From Catajapyx aquilonaris (Eukaryota): a stretch of 64,000 nt of DNA. The notes beneath the pieces are model-generated. The model was not told where the DNA came from. It ran no database searches and saw only the letters and a program-made list of their open reading frames with translations. Both the position numbers and the translations under genes were made by a program. The stretch is from the NCBI GenBank assembly GCA_000934665.2, contig JYFJ02001851.1, positions 1 to 64,000 of the forward strand, written 5' to 3'. Below, piece after piece: positions 39,688 through 53,122 of this stretch (position 1 is the stretch's first letter; each line of letters begins with the position of its first letter).

Positions 39688-40664
39688 ATATACCGAATGG
39701 TCAGTTCAGCTGCAAACTTTTCAGTTATGTACGTCTGGCCTGATGTTTTCCCACAACTCCCCCAGTATCGCCATGTAGTGGTTCCAGATAGGCACCCAAC
39801 TGTGTTTGGCGATGGGGGGAATAATCAGCTTAGAGTAATGCTATGGAGCTTATTCGAAGCAAATTATGAGCAGCACATAAAAGGGAGTTTTGGAAGTGGA
39901 GCTGGGATTTTTACGTGCAGAATTTCTTGTAATCCATTTTAAAAACCACGAATCGGTTGTGGTACTGTCCCGTACCACTTTGAGAGTATGGAATAATTTT
40001 TTCGAATGCATTTATTGAGCGTGGATCACCTCGGACACCTTCTTCACCAGCCTGTAACTTCAGTTTAGTAGTAATGTCCCACCTATTAAGTGCGGCATCA
40101 TGACCGACATGCTTCCTGCATTTTTATTATTTTATAGAGGTTTTGTGGTGTTTTCATGGTCGTATAGGCATGACATTGCTACTAAGAAAAACTGGCCAAA
40201 GAAAAAGTCACGACGTCGCCTTCGTTGTAGTGTGCAACGAAGGCGGGATTATGATACAGTAAATAAATGTATGGCAATTTATGCACGGCACGTTGATGTA
40301 GGCTAGTGGTTTGATCTGGTCTCCTTCTACTAAGTCTATTCTATCTCCGAGTCAGGTGATGGTCGAGTTCTCATAAGGACATGGTTTCTATGGACCTCAC
40401 CGTGCTGAGATACAGTATTTGCATCAGTAGACAAGAATTTCCTTCCACTAGCAAGATCCATCAACAATGAGGTGATTAATAAAGTAGGGAATTTAAAGGG
40501 CCCCCTTGACGAGGCCCCATGCCTGTCACGGGTATCCAAATATTAATAATATGGACATTGATATATAGACCTGTAGTAAGTGTTAAATTTTTGAGGCGAT
40601 GAGGAGATGGTACAGGCGCGAGAGGGCGTGGAAAGACGCAAGAGAGCGACTTGTTTGTCTTGGC

Positions 40665-41001
40665 CAACAAGATAGAATAGGGTAGAGGCCGTAAAGGTCG
40701 GACATCTTTGAAGCAAAATGGCGGCCATCGGGCGGCCATGCCACTTCACGGCAAGAACTTCGAAATTGTATTATCGCTAACCCTGTTCTCCTCTCCTGCC
40801 TCCTGGCGGGACTAGGAAGAAAAGCCTGTCTGGGGACGTTTTGATTTATTCCCAACCCCCGCCAGGAGGCAGGAGTGTAGACAGAGGAGAACAGGGTTAG
40901 AAATACGGCAATTTCAAATGAGCGCATGGTCTTGCCGTGAATTGGCATGGACGCCAAAGATCACGTGACCTTTACGGCCTCTACCCTATTCTATCTCGTT
41001 G
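40665..41001. mobile_element. P-superfamily-like MITE with 8-bp TSD
   Basis: GTCTTGGC|CAACAAGATAGAATAGGGTAGAGGCCGTAAAGGTC ... GACCTTTACGGCCTCTACCCTATTCTATCTCGTTG|GTCTTGGC, with further inner inverted blocks. 5'-CA termini and an 8-bp TSD fit P (hAT not excluded). Confidence 0.85.
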
Positions 41002-41026
41002 GTCTTGGCCAGCTCCCTCTTTTCGC

Positions 41027-41358
41027 GTGACGTTAGCTGATGTCCCCCACCGAGGGGGATTGGCCGCGGTCGGCGCTAGAGTCATGAACCGAGATGGCCA
41101 CCATCTCGGTTCATGACTCTAGCGCCGACCTTACAGTCCTAGCGGGGCAATTCTGAACCCTTTTGGTCGACTCCGATTGGCTGGTGTTTAAAAAGGCCAC
41201 CTGTACTCTTTTTAACCAATACACTACCTCCAGCCAATCGGAATCGACCAAAAGGGTTCAGAATTGCACCGCTAGGTAAGGCGCCACCTGTACTGGCACT
41301 TGACTTTAGCGCCGACCGTGGCCAAACCCCCTCGGTGGGGGAGATCAGGTAACGTCAC
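41027..41358. repeat. Nested triple inverted-repeat element (branched fold-back)
   Basis: Outer arms 41027-41084/41301-41358; perfect 30-bp hairpin 41068-41130; 47-bp stem 41138-41184/41230-41276 with 2 mismatches. Confidence 0.9.
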
Positions 41359-42379
41359 AGGGGTAGCAATGCACTTGTATAGGGAGTGACTGGGGGCTGG
41401 TCTTGGCCTTCAGACCCACCCCATGCCATTGATATCGTGGCGCAGCCAAAGTTGGTAACGCCAAATGAACCTAATCATTTGAGGGACAAATAAATTACGT
41501 GAGGCCAATAAACGTGTGCGTCGCTATGTTTGCGGATGTGAATAGCGAAATGAATAATTACTTTTTGAATTTTTCAACTTGACTAAGTACTTGTGTCTCA
41601 GTCCTTGCACTTGGCATTATGTAGCTGCCTATGGCATAAATCAACACGATAGTGACGCAAGAAAGAGGCCTGCGTCTCGCATCCTGCATGTTAAAGTACT
41701 TTTGCAGCTGCTCTGGCTTTTGAAGGGCCTAATTTCCCATCCTGAGTATATGCTGCTATAGCCCGCAGGTTTTACTTATTGAGACAGAGGAAGCGGATCC
41801 ATAGCCTTAGGTTTACAAGCGCATATTAAGTTCAAAATTACCTCTCTGGAATGATTATCATCGCCAGTGAGAAATATTCAAAGACCAGGGATACTTATAC
41901 ATTAGCCTAGACTTTAGCCTAGTTATTCTCTGTACTCGGCTCCATCGTTTTACTTTATTATCCGTATAAGCTGTCGTCAAACAGTAACGCTCTAAAATAG
42001 TACTTGGCCGAACAAGTGACTGCAATTAGGTTCACTCGAATATTCATAGCTTCAAATTAATACGCTTCGTTATATGCCATTGCGGATGAAGGTCCAATGC
42101 GACCTTTTATTTTACTGGATGAATTGGTTTGACACTCGGCGCCTAGTTGCACAGGCTCAGGTTATATCCGAAAAGTTGTATGCATATGGGAAACATTGTT
42201 CACTGGATTAGAAACTGGGGTGACTATTATGAGACGGGATCAGGGACACTTTCTGATTAATGGAACATAACTAGAGTGAGTAAACCTGCGGAGAATGTCA
42301 AACCTCGTAGTGTTACCAACTCATTGTGCCGAGCTTGCTCTGTTGGAATTGTTCCTTTTACACCTAAGTTCTATTAGTG

Positions 42380-42520
42380 TAACTCGTGGATGTAAGGTCC
42401 CAAGTTCGATCCCCGGGTCGTACAGAGTATACTTACATGTGGACAGAGTGTCTATGGCTTCTCTCCGTATTCGCGTGAGTTTTCTCGGGGCTGTCCCGTT
42501 TACTGTCACAATCAAAACCC
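42380..42520 (+). mobile_element. V-domain-like tRNA SINE remnant, family D
   Basis: B box AGTTCGATCCCC followed by ATGTGGA...TCTCCGTATTCGCGTGAGTTTTCTCGGGGCTGTCCCGTTT, resembling the V-SINE core; similar to 63361-63500. Confidence 0.55.
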
Positions 42521-44825
42521 ATGACAGCACAGGCAATGAATCAAGATGATCCCCTAAAAGGCCCAAGAGGACCTATCACGTGGTATCCATTCCTAGATTG
42601 TAATTCGTGGCTACAGTGCGCTTCTCTATTAGCGTCGCATGACATTCTCCAATTTGCTGAATCGTGTTGAATAAGGGCACTTATTTTATTAGGGCATTTC
42701 CAGATCAGAAGTGGAACGTGTGCCTAATATCCGAGGTTTACAAGAATCCGAATTGAAGAGGAACACCGTCCTCAGTATTCCACTCTTGTCGCACACATGA
42801 CGTCATCGACTCTGATGTACATGGAATTTAGCAGGCGAGGCTGGAGTTGGGGTCCATGGCGTCATCGGGGATGATTACTTGTATTTGCTATTCGACTGGG
42901 TCAATACAGCCTCGGATTTGGCAGGGCTGGTTTCGCTCCATGTTCAGAGATTTTAAAATTCACTGGGTGACCTGGTAAGACCACTTTGTGTGTGTAATCC
43001 CGCATAATGATTTGTTACAGAGTTTGAAACTAATACCAATTACAGTTGGATGAGACACGACCGTACGTATGTAATTTCCATGCCCAAGTTTACCGGGAAG
43101 TATATCTAGTCGCTCAAAGAGGTGGGAAGGTATGTAGTCTATAGTAGAAATTTTGGCACTGGGTGACAGAAGGAAATGAGCGTGTGTCCGGAGGCAGAAT
43201 AGAAAATTCCAACACGGAAAGACTGAATTTTTGTGGCGGGACCTGGGTTCCTTGGCCTGCCTGCAGGACTGTTTCGTGCCTGAGGGCCGTGGGAAATGCA
43301 CGCTTGCTTGGCTACCTCTTCGTCTGCTATGCTCTCGTGTTCGCTAATCGAATGTTTGCTATAGGGAAATCTGCTTCGACTTACTATTACCCAGCTGGAC
43401 AGGTGCGCTTGACCAGCCAGATTGTCAGGGAGTGTCCACATTAGAAATAGTCCCAACTGGTTCAGCCTATTATTTTGTGCCGTACAATCTGTTGTGTGCA
43501 ATGAAAAGAGCGTTGCAGACTTGCACACACCCCTCCCTCCAGTAATGACTGTGGTATCGTGCGTGTATGTGTGGAAGAGATATCCCACATTTTCCGGTTC
43601 CCATGAATTAGGCCTGCAGAGATTCATGACCCCGGGTGGGGCCACCAGGGAAAGACACGGGGCCGACCTTTTCGAATTTCTCTTCGATCACAGTGTATTG
43701 GGGAGACCCTTGGATTGCGATAATATAATAATAATATTGAGTAAAAATACGTCGCGATTAGATTGGCGAGGGAAGCACAGTTTCTGATGTTAGTTTGAAT
43801 AGAAGCATCGTTGTTGGCCCTTGACGAGGGCTGTTCGAGGAAAATCAGGATATGCGCCGTTGACCTCTAAAGATATTGGTTTTCTGCCATTCAAACCGGA
43901 AGAGTTTACGGCCAAATGATTTGAATACAAAATCTAATTTTTTCAATGGCTATGTTTAATCAGGTACCCTCTCCTCCTGCGATACCTCTCTCTGTGACGT
44001 AGGCCTATTAATAATGATTCCAGCATATTTTGTGGGTGTCTCGAGTGGGATTATTCAGCCACAGGCGTATTCTTTAGTAATGCGGGTAAATCAGGAAGAA
44101 TGGGTAACATTTTACAGGCGATAAAATCTTGGCAAGTAATTAGGCGGAGTTATGAAAGTAATACCCGGTGACAAGGGATCTCCAAATTTTCCGCTCTGGC
44201 TAAATATACTGCTCTATGCTGCTTATGGCGATGACTTTTTTTCTTAGTGGGACGCAAATGGTCGCCACACATTGTTTATTCCGGAAATCATTGTAAATCG
44301 CGACCTTTTAAAGTGCCATATTATTCTAATTTAGCCAGTTCAAAAGGGGAGCGGGAGGGAGGGGAGGAAGACAAGACTTGCTCACAAAAATTATGCACGA
44401 TGATGTCTTGATATTTAATGCCAAAGTTTTAACGGTCGTCGAACCCATACCGGTTACAGTACAGTGCATACCTTAAGTCAGTGTAGGATTGTCCGGAATG
44501 GGAGGCGAATTTGTTGCACGCTTGTGAGATTGTAGGACTCATTGTATATAGAGCTCATTGTAGTGTCAAGGCCAAGTCTGGAGTAGACCAGACGGAGTGT
44601 GGCTGGCACCGTTTTATCAAAGGGTCTCTGTTCAGTTTTAACAAAAAGTGACTGAGGTCAACACACGACCTTTTGCCTGCCAGTTGATGGTGACCAGAAT
44701 ATGGGAATTAGGCAATGGAGAAATGCCTCTATGACGGGGGCTTGACCGGAAGGGCTAGGTCTTCTACTTTTCCGGTTGAATTTAGGACACCTTTCAACTA
44801 TGCGTAGGATTACAGGCACCAGGTT

Positions 44826-44870
44826 TATAATAATTATAATAATAATCATAATAATCATAATCATAATAAT
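44826..44870. repeat. Imperfect (ATA/ATC)n microsatellite
   Basis: tataataattataataataatcataataatcataatcataataat seen directly. Confidence 0.85.
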
Positions 44871-46804
44871 GGAGAGGGGAAGGCGTGGCATTGCAGGAAT
44901 GTGCGCTGCTAGTCTATTGCTCGTGCAGACAGGTCATTATGCTGTTGACGTGTTGACCTGCTGGTAATATTACACAGAGTTGGACCTATAGTAAGTAGTC
45001 ATGTGCTGTGTTACATGAACTGCAATATAATCAGAGCACTCCTATAGCCACCCAATTTGTTGTTTGTTGATATACATTGTAAAATGATATGCTTTGTTAA
45101 ATACCGCGCGTCCATTAATTTATGCCGGGTAATTTGTCATGTAATGACACGAGACCATTTATTATAATTAATTTAGTTGTAGCGATGATTACATTGACAG
45201 CCTTTTTTTAAATGGTTACTTTCACATTTTAGTAGGCAGGATTTTAATTTTGAGTCGCGGCAATAATGATTTGACTGCTTTCTGGAAGGGTTTAAATACA
45301 TTTTGAGTGCATCATAAGCAGTGATGGCTGGGTCAGTGGAAGGTCCTTTAGTTCTAAAGAAGCAAGCTAGGAAAGCAGAAGCCAAGCAGAAGTGGAGCGA
45401 GTGCGCAGTTATGGTGGTTGTTATTTGTGCGTGCGACGGGGTCTGGTGAATTTGTCCCTCATTGATTATGACGTGAAGCGTACCGTAGGCCTGTGTAGGA
45501 TCTTGATGTGAAATGGTTTTGTTGTTGCTAAGCAAATAGGGGGGTTGTTGCCCTGGAAAGGTTTAGGAATGGACAGTACACAAAGGAATTTTGGCACATG
45601 TTAGGGATGGTTGGGGGAGGGTCGAACACGTAGCCTCCGACGTTTAAAGCCCTATTTTCATAGTCTTGGGAAGATAAAGACGGATCAATACGTATTTCGG
45701 TAGCTCGTGGCAAGCCGGCCAAAACTTGGTAATATGTACGTGAACAAGCTGTACTGTATATTCAACTCCGGGTAAACTTAGTGGTGGCGGCCCGCACATT
45801 CAACCATTGAGGTACCGATTTCGATCTCTCGACTGAACAAGGGGAGTTCTTGGTTTGCCATGTTGCTTTGTTGGTTGTTGTTGTATTTGGTTATGTGGGC
45901 GCTACAGCATGAAGACACACACACACCGAGTCCCCTGGCATAACTATGATAATTGATGAACATTACTGTAACCATAATGATTCCCAGAATTCCGAGTCGA
46001 TGGAGAATCACGAAATCAGTGCATAAATATCAGATAATTGTTCATAATATGACTGAGTCATTAGAGAATGACTAACGCACGTAGTGAGGCCGGTAGAGTT
46101 TTGTACGGGCTTTTCCCCATCTGTGGTTCAAGTTCGATCGAAGTAAGCCCGCCAAATGCGAGGCTCGAACTCGGGACGGCAAAGCGGGCGGTTAAAGTAT
46201 ACATGCCTGTCACCTTTCTGTTACGGTAGGAGAAATCCAGCTTTGATATTGGTCTATCAGGAATAACTGAAATATAATTTGTGCACTAATTCCTTGACAT
46301 TCTTATTATGTCGAGATCACCATGTAGCGCAAAAGTGCGTTGGTATATTGAGTCTTTGTGGGTGGTCAGGAGGGCCATGCCATGGCGCTTGTAGAGAAGT
46401 GTAATTGAAAGAGAGTAATTATTATCTGGCAGTAAACATAGTGAGAGGCTTTGATGCTCAGTGTGGGACAGTGGGGGAATTGTTTCGTATTCGGTTTCGT
46501 TACGAGCGCAGTGGCTGGTGCCTGTCGCATAGCGACACACAATGGAATCGTGACTTGCTTTGTTTTCGGAGGACACTAGTGCTAGAAACCAATATGCATC
46601 AGGCAGGCAGGGGCTTTGGTACGCCGTGGGAATGGTTGCAGTCGGATTCCAGTTGGGGAGGGAGAAGGGGATGGGGGAAACGAGGGTACAAACCACCCCT
46701 ACCCACTCGATGCTGCTGGAATATAGCCTACCCTGTATTCAGTATTCACCAACGTCATTTGCTGTGGGAGAGAGAACGGAGGAGCTGATGATAAGGGTAT
46801 CCAC

Positions 46805-46870
<66 letters not shown>
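46805..46870. repeat. (CTA)n microsatellite
   Basis: ~22 perfect units seen directly. Confidence 0.95.
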
Positions 46871-46874
46871 ATTA

Positions 46875-47177
46875 ATAATAATAATAACCCCATTGGGAGA
46901 ATCAGCGCTCCATTAGGGGGTGGGGGGGGGGGNGGGTGGAACACCACCATTTTACCATTCAAATTCTTTCTGAAACTTTCACACATGGATGGGGCCAAGG
47001 ATAGGGAAGGAAGGAAGCGGCTGTAGCCTATTATACGGAAGCGATCCCGGAATTATCCTGGGGGACCATGGGAAACCACAGAAAACCACGGTCAGGATCG
47101 TGGGCCCCGGGCATCGAACCCAAAACCTCCCGATTACCAGTCGGACTCCTTAACCACTACACCAACCTGCTTCGGTC
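46875..47177 (-). mobile_element. tRNA-derived SINE, family A head/core with a different 3' tail
   Basis: Head and core (~46999-47177) align with family A; 46888-46998 is unrelated to the family A tail; ends in (TTA)n on the minus strand. Confidence 0.8.
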
Positions 47178-47178
<1 letters not shown>

Positions 47179-47213
<35 letters not shown>

Positions 47214-47226
47214 CAACAACAACAAT
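47179..47226. repeat. Compound (AAT)n(AAC)n microsatellite
   Basis: Seen directly, next to the SINE head. Confidence 0.9.
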
Positions 47227-50200
47227 AAATAACTTAGCAGCAGCAGTTGGTTACCGTTGGCATAGGGACACTCTGTATACAGGATTGGGCATATTGATGA
47301 GAGTCGCATGCACTGTTGATGCCATTAGTTCATCTCATGTATAATTGGCAGTAATACATAATCAGGCAATGGCCTAATTTTGGCGAATAACATGATCTGA
47401 TCCAGCCAATGACATTATAGTGCCTGTGATGAAGGCCAAATCCAAAAAGAGTATGACCAGGTATTGATGCTAGCATCACTCTCCAAAGTAAAGAGAACAA
47501 TTTGAGTTGGATACAAATAATAATAGGCCTACTCGTATTGAGAATCTGAAATGCAAACGTGCCGTTTCATGATTAACAACGAGTTTATGACTAATATGAA
47601 CATCATCGGCTGGTGTGACCAGGAATGTTCCCCACGTTTGTGTGCCTACTGTGGCACATCAACTCGTTATCACCCTTTTACTGTTCCATCACCTCAATGC
47701 ACTCGGATGACGCTCTATGGAACACTTATGGCGGAGACTACCAGATATCCCGCCTCTGCAAAAGGAGGATAGTTGAGATGTTATCATTAGTACTTACACT
47801 CAAGCAAATGTAGGTGTTTGATTATGCAAGCCGAAAATCCCCGTCTTCCGACCATTATTTTTCGATCAAGAGATTTGGCGACGGTTTTTCCCTGGTGCGA
47901 TCAAGGGCCAGCAAATGAAGATTTCGCTCATTATTCCAAACACAATCACCTCTGCTCGCAGATGCCTTGTAATCGCAAGTAGTTGAATGGATCAAGTGCA
48001 AACCGTGGCATTGAGCCTGAAGTTATAGGCAGCCTGGTAACTAAGGAAGTTACTCGGGGATTATTTCCGGTAAATTGAGAGTTGCAGACAATGGGAATTA
48101 ATGGAATTGTTATCCCGCCTCCTAAGAGGTTATTCCGAGTTTTGACAATATATTGTTATAATTCATTGGCATTTTTTGACAATTTCGTCGAATATTTGGC
48201 TTTAACGTTTTAAATGTTATCCTAGTAATAGTATTATAACCTACGTAGGCTACTGTACAGTAGCCTATATACAGTAGATTATTATGGAGTGGCCCACGAT
48301 AAATACCTCTTGCAGTATGGTACAGTAATTTGAAATCCCAAAGTAAATGCAAATGACCCGTTGGCAACAAGTGGATTTGTAATGACATGAATCTAGATGA
48401 GCGTATAATGCATATAAATCAGGGCAGACGTACAAAACTGTATAATCCTTTAGCAGGTGCTTATAACTTATTATTTTGTTACAAATACGAAGACGCAGCA
48501 GTTAGTGACAACAGAGCATTGCATAGACACCATGTTCTGAATAACAAAAAAGTGCAAATTACGCATGCCAGAGGTCCCTTTCCTCCTCCAGCAACCCACG
48601 CACATATACACCAGGCGCATATCCAATGACCGGCCAGGTTCATGCCATTCATTCACCTTTTCTAAAGTTATTCCCATTCATTCGCGTTTATGTAACCGTG
48701 ATGGCCTAGTGCTGGGTTAGTTTCAAGGGCGAGACCACAAATCCACCCCCACAGATCTGAGCAACGGGTTCCTTCACCCACACCTTGGAAATGAGCGGGT
48801 CAGTTCGGCACCACCAGTTCTCAAGTCCTTGACTCCACACCACCTGTGCGTGGGAAAACTAGATAGGCTACATTCAGAAACGGTTGTAAGGCCCACTGCT
48901 GGTGCTAATCAGAGAAGATGACCCAATGTGATGCGGAAGGCCAGTCGAAATTCATATGTGCAAAGCCAGCTTATGCATGGTGTTCATATACAAACATACA
49001 CAAGTCAGTATGCTAGATGATCACCTGGGCACCATGGCATCCTTAGGAAATAAAATAATATGCCGTCTTTTGACACCACGTCGAGAAAATTGGAATCTGT
49101 ATCTCGGAGAACCCCCTGAAGTATAGGGAAAAAAGATGACCTGATATATAAATTGTTCAGTTTCTTCGGCTGCTGAGGTGGCGGGTTCCTTCCCACTGGA
49201 ACACACACAAAAAGACGGATGGGATTTTTCGGAAAGAACCTCGTGCCATGGTTCCTAAAGAAGCAGCCAGGCGAAGAGATTGACGACGCACTTCCTTTTT
49301 TTTCCTTCTGTAAGCTTCCTTTGTACCTGGAACACCTTTTCGAATGAATGTACCGATTGGGCGAACTTTGCGCAATTAGGATTCTGGGTTCAGGTGCCGC
49401 TCCAGTGAGTTAACAGTCCACAATATAAAAGGAAACGACGAGCATGAGATCAACTGAGCGTGCTAATGAGTGCAAGACTTCCCGAATTGTCATCAGATGG
49501 CAGTGTAACCTTTTTGGCCTGCGGGTTGGGTCGCAAAAATTTGACGTTCCAGTTAGTTTGTGAGATACGCTAATTGTGCCATGACTGCGTGGCCTTTGCT
49601 CGGAGTTGACCAGGGAGGTTGGTGTATAGTGGACGGTAGCCAAAAATAATAACTCGGAATTGGAAGACTGGAACACACAGAGTCGGTCTCTGACCGGAAG
49701 AATGGGGCTGGGACTTTGGAATTATAATCTCTGGAGAGTAGCATAAACTAGAGCTTTGCAAGAATAAAGCTATAAGCGAAAAGTCCATGTTTGGAGTCAA
49801 AGGACAAATGTAGGCCCACTTGTGCTATGTAGGCACAATAAACGTCCACATTTTGCTATTCTGTAATATTCAGAAATGGGCACGAGACGGTGTTGCCTAA
49901 AATTCTGGTCTTCAGTTTTATTACCGTGATAATAATATGTGCTCTAGCGGTCACTGTGTTCACAACAAAATCTGAGCCTCTGAAGGGTTCCAGAAAGAAT
50001 GTGCCGAGACAGTGAAGGGGGCACCAATTCGTACCGTCCGATCAAAGTGATGAATTGACATGTTTGTGCAGCCAAATAACAACATTAGAAAACATTAACC
50101 ACGCACCGTCGTCAGAAGAGTTTTTGTTATGTGTAACCCAACAAAACCATCAACACGAACGGATGATTCACTCACCTGATAATTATGACGACAGGAGATA

Positions 50201-51389
50201 GTAGGCCTACTTTAACATCACATTATTACACGTCTTTAGTATATTGTTCTGATATATGTGTCACGTCTTCATTTTGTGAACTGTAGTAGCCTATATTATT
50301 GTATGTGGAACTGAGAAGTAAAAGCAGCTAGATCCGATCCTGGAAAAATCAGTTTGATATTGCATTAGGTCCATGTAGCCTTCCATCCTGTTGCAGAGTA
50401 TGCTTTACAAGTACGAGAAAATAACATTTTGGCCAAAAATCCTTGGGAAAACAGGGTCTTTCAAGCGAAACCAGCTATGTGCTTTTTGCTGGCTTTTAAC
50501 ATGCATTGACGTTTTTAAACAAGGGGAAAATTAGGTTTCCGATAATTGAGTGGTTCCATATTGTTATTTGAGAGCAGAAACAGCCCGATATGACTTGGCG
50601 ACGAAATTTTCGATTTTCTTTTTGCGCTTACGTCGCATTAGAAACCCATATAGACCAATGACTTTTTTGCGGAGGTTTTTCAAGCGAAGTAATTAAAGAT
50701 TATGTAAAAGCAAAAGTCATATTTTTCTGTGACAAAACCAGCTAGATTCACTTTACCTTTCGAGCAAAAGTTACTGTAGTAGTTCCAAGCTAAAACTTTT
50801 CGGTGGTGTATACTGTGTGGGAACGAGTTTCAGAATTAGCATATTATGGTGCGGAAAAGAGCGAATTTCGAGTGTGGAGCAAGTTTAGTGAATCTTTATG
50901 GTTCCTACTAGAGGACACTGATTTTCCCCCGTAAAAAGTATTCTGGACTAAACTACTTTTGCTTTTCACCTCTACATGAAAGGTGCATTGGGAACTGTTC
51001 TTTGAAAACATGGACATGGCAGTCGGGTACAGGGACAAAAAAATATGACGTAGTGATTTTCATGGTGTAAATGTTAACCACGTTGAAGACATTTTAGAAG
51101 AAACATTCAATGGTACCAACTGTGTTGATCATTTTATCTGATATTTGTATTTTGGCGAAACATATGTGATCAATATGGTCAGGTTATAAGTAAAAACTGA
51201 TTGTGTTAAACCCAGTCATCACGTTGGTAAACCAGAGCATCAGTTCATGCACGGATTGAATTGAATCACGTCATTTGGTCTAGTCCGAAAATGAGGAAAC
51301 GTAGGTCAGTGGAAGAACGAAATTGAATGTGACTTGTCGGTCGCCAAAGGAAGCTAGAAGTGTAGCATAATTATGTTAGCATATTATGT

Positions 51390-52190
51390 TATGGGTTGTT
51401 TCATAAGTCATTGTGTGTATTTTTTAATTCAAAGACGGTAACACATACAGAGATTACCTTTGCGGAGTTTTGAAGCTCTGGCGATTACAATTTAATCTGG
51501 CATATAGATATCGCCCATATCGCAAGGGAGACAGGGAAACAAAAGGGAATCATGACCTCCCCACCGCACCATCGCCCTAAGACGGCTCCAGCCTGACGCG
51601 CCTGGAGCTGTTGGACGCTGCATGCGGGACACTCGGAGATGGACAACGCACTGGAGCTTGCTTTTGAGTGTGGGACAAGTCAGAGAACTATGGCCAGAGC
51701 CATGTGTCATCCATATCCACAATCTGTTTTTAAAAAACCATCGCCCTCAATGCGATCGAGTTCCAAGCGGAAGGCAAAATGATGGCACTGTTGTACCTCA
51801 AAGAGATGGTGAAGAACCAGTGAGGATGCCTAGCCAGCTTCATGAGACCTTTCAGTCTGTCAGAGGCCTAAGCATAGTGCTCTGACTTGTCTCACACTCG
51901 AAAGCAAGCTCCTGTGTTGTCCATCGCCGATTGTCCAGCATGTAGCGTCCAACAGCTCCAAGCCGTCTTGCAGTTAGGGCGATGCGATGGTGCGGTGGTG
52001 GTGGTTGGGGGGGGGGGGGGGNAGGGTCACGATCCCCTTTTGTTTCCCCGCCTCCCTCGCGATATAGGCGACATCTATATGCCAGATCAAATTGTAATCG
52101 CCGGAGCTTCAAAACTCAGCAAAGGTCACCTCTATATGTGTTACCGTTTTAGAATTTAAAAATACGCGCAATGACTTGTGAAACAACTGT
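51390..52190 (-). mobile_element. mariner-derived fold-back element, family C copy 2 (inverted relative to copy 1)
   Basis: Same arms (GGGTTGTTTCATAAGTCATTG...AATACGCGCAATGACTTGTGAAACAAC). The central spacer is the reverse complement of the copy 1 spacer; termini are more decayed. Confidence 0.9.
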
Positions 52191-52209
52191 ATGTCTGTAT
52201 GACTGTATC

Positions 52210-52597
52210 CTGCTGTTGCCACCGTGGAAGACAAGATAGGCCCCACCCCTATCACCAGTCATGGCCAGTACTGCTGCCAAATGTGGAAGGCGCGGGAACC
52301 GAATCCACGGGGTTTCCAACAACTATCATATATAGTTTATGACTTGATGGCAAGGGACTCCTTTATTTACCTCTTCTATCCCCAATAAACTCCCTTCCAC
52401 CGCTCCCGAGTCCCCACATACACCCCTCCCTTGCAACTCAGCAGGGGTGTGACAAGACGGGAAATACGGTTAAGCTCTACTCCAATGCTATTTCTTCATC
52501 AGCTTTCCCTAATACTACAAAAAATAGTCGAACATATTTCCAAGTGTGAATTTCCAGTGGGCGGGGCCTATCTGGTCTTCCACGGTGGCAACATCAG
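52210..52597. mobile_element. TIR MITE, ~39-bp inverted repeats
   Basis: CTGCTGTTGCCACCGTGGAAGACAAGATAGGCCCCACCC / GGCGGGGCCTATCTGGTCTTCCACGGTGGCAACATCAG; ATC on both flanks. Confidence 0.75.
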
Positions 52598-53122
52598 ATC
52601 ATGACTACTCTAGATTGAAGGGACTAAAATACAACACTGGCTGCTTCATTTCGAATCCAATCCAAGGCATAGAGGATAAAATGATTACACGGGCTTTCAG
52701 TTTCATTGACTTTATTGAAGGAAGCCATCGGGAGCCGTCTTACAAGTTAGTTGCAGAGGCTTCGGCCTATTCACATTCTCGGATGTTAAGAAGCAGTGAA
52801 TATATCAGTTATATGAAGATTGAACAAATTGTTTAACATCAGAGAAGACAAAATTGAACACTTTATTTGTACTGCACTTTAGCCTACCATTACTGTACAT
52901 GCTGATTGAAATACTCCTAGTAATTCAGTCTCAGTCATTTAAGCCTGCCTGTTTCATCGCGGTGAATATGGATGTAGTTCATGCCGTGCGGGCCGCCACG
53001 GGTAATCCCCCTCTACTCCCTCTGCATTGTTCAAGTACAGTACACCGCACCGCTTCGATTTGGTCATAATATGCTACAGTATATTAGTCAGTTGTCATAC
53101 TTGTACTGTAATAATATCGTGT

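Noticed and set aside
46922..46936. Long G runs with ambiguous N (also 52007-52022) as G-quadruplex signals
   Set aside because: Homopolymer length is uncertain in the assembly and the runs lie inside repeats.
49410..49800. Possible second LINE endonuclease relic (LFLATVHYTP...DLMLVVSF)
   Set aside because: Key YRPP and GDFN residues are not retained; too weak to list.
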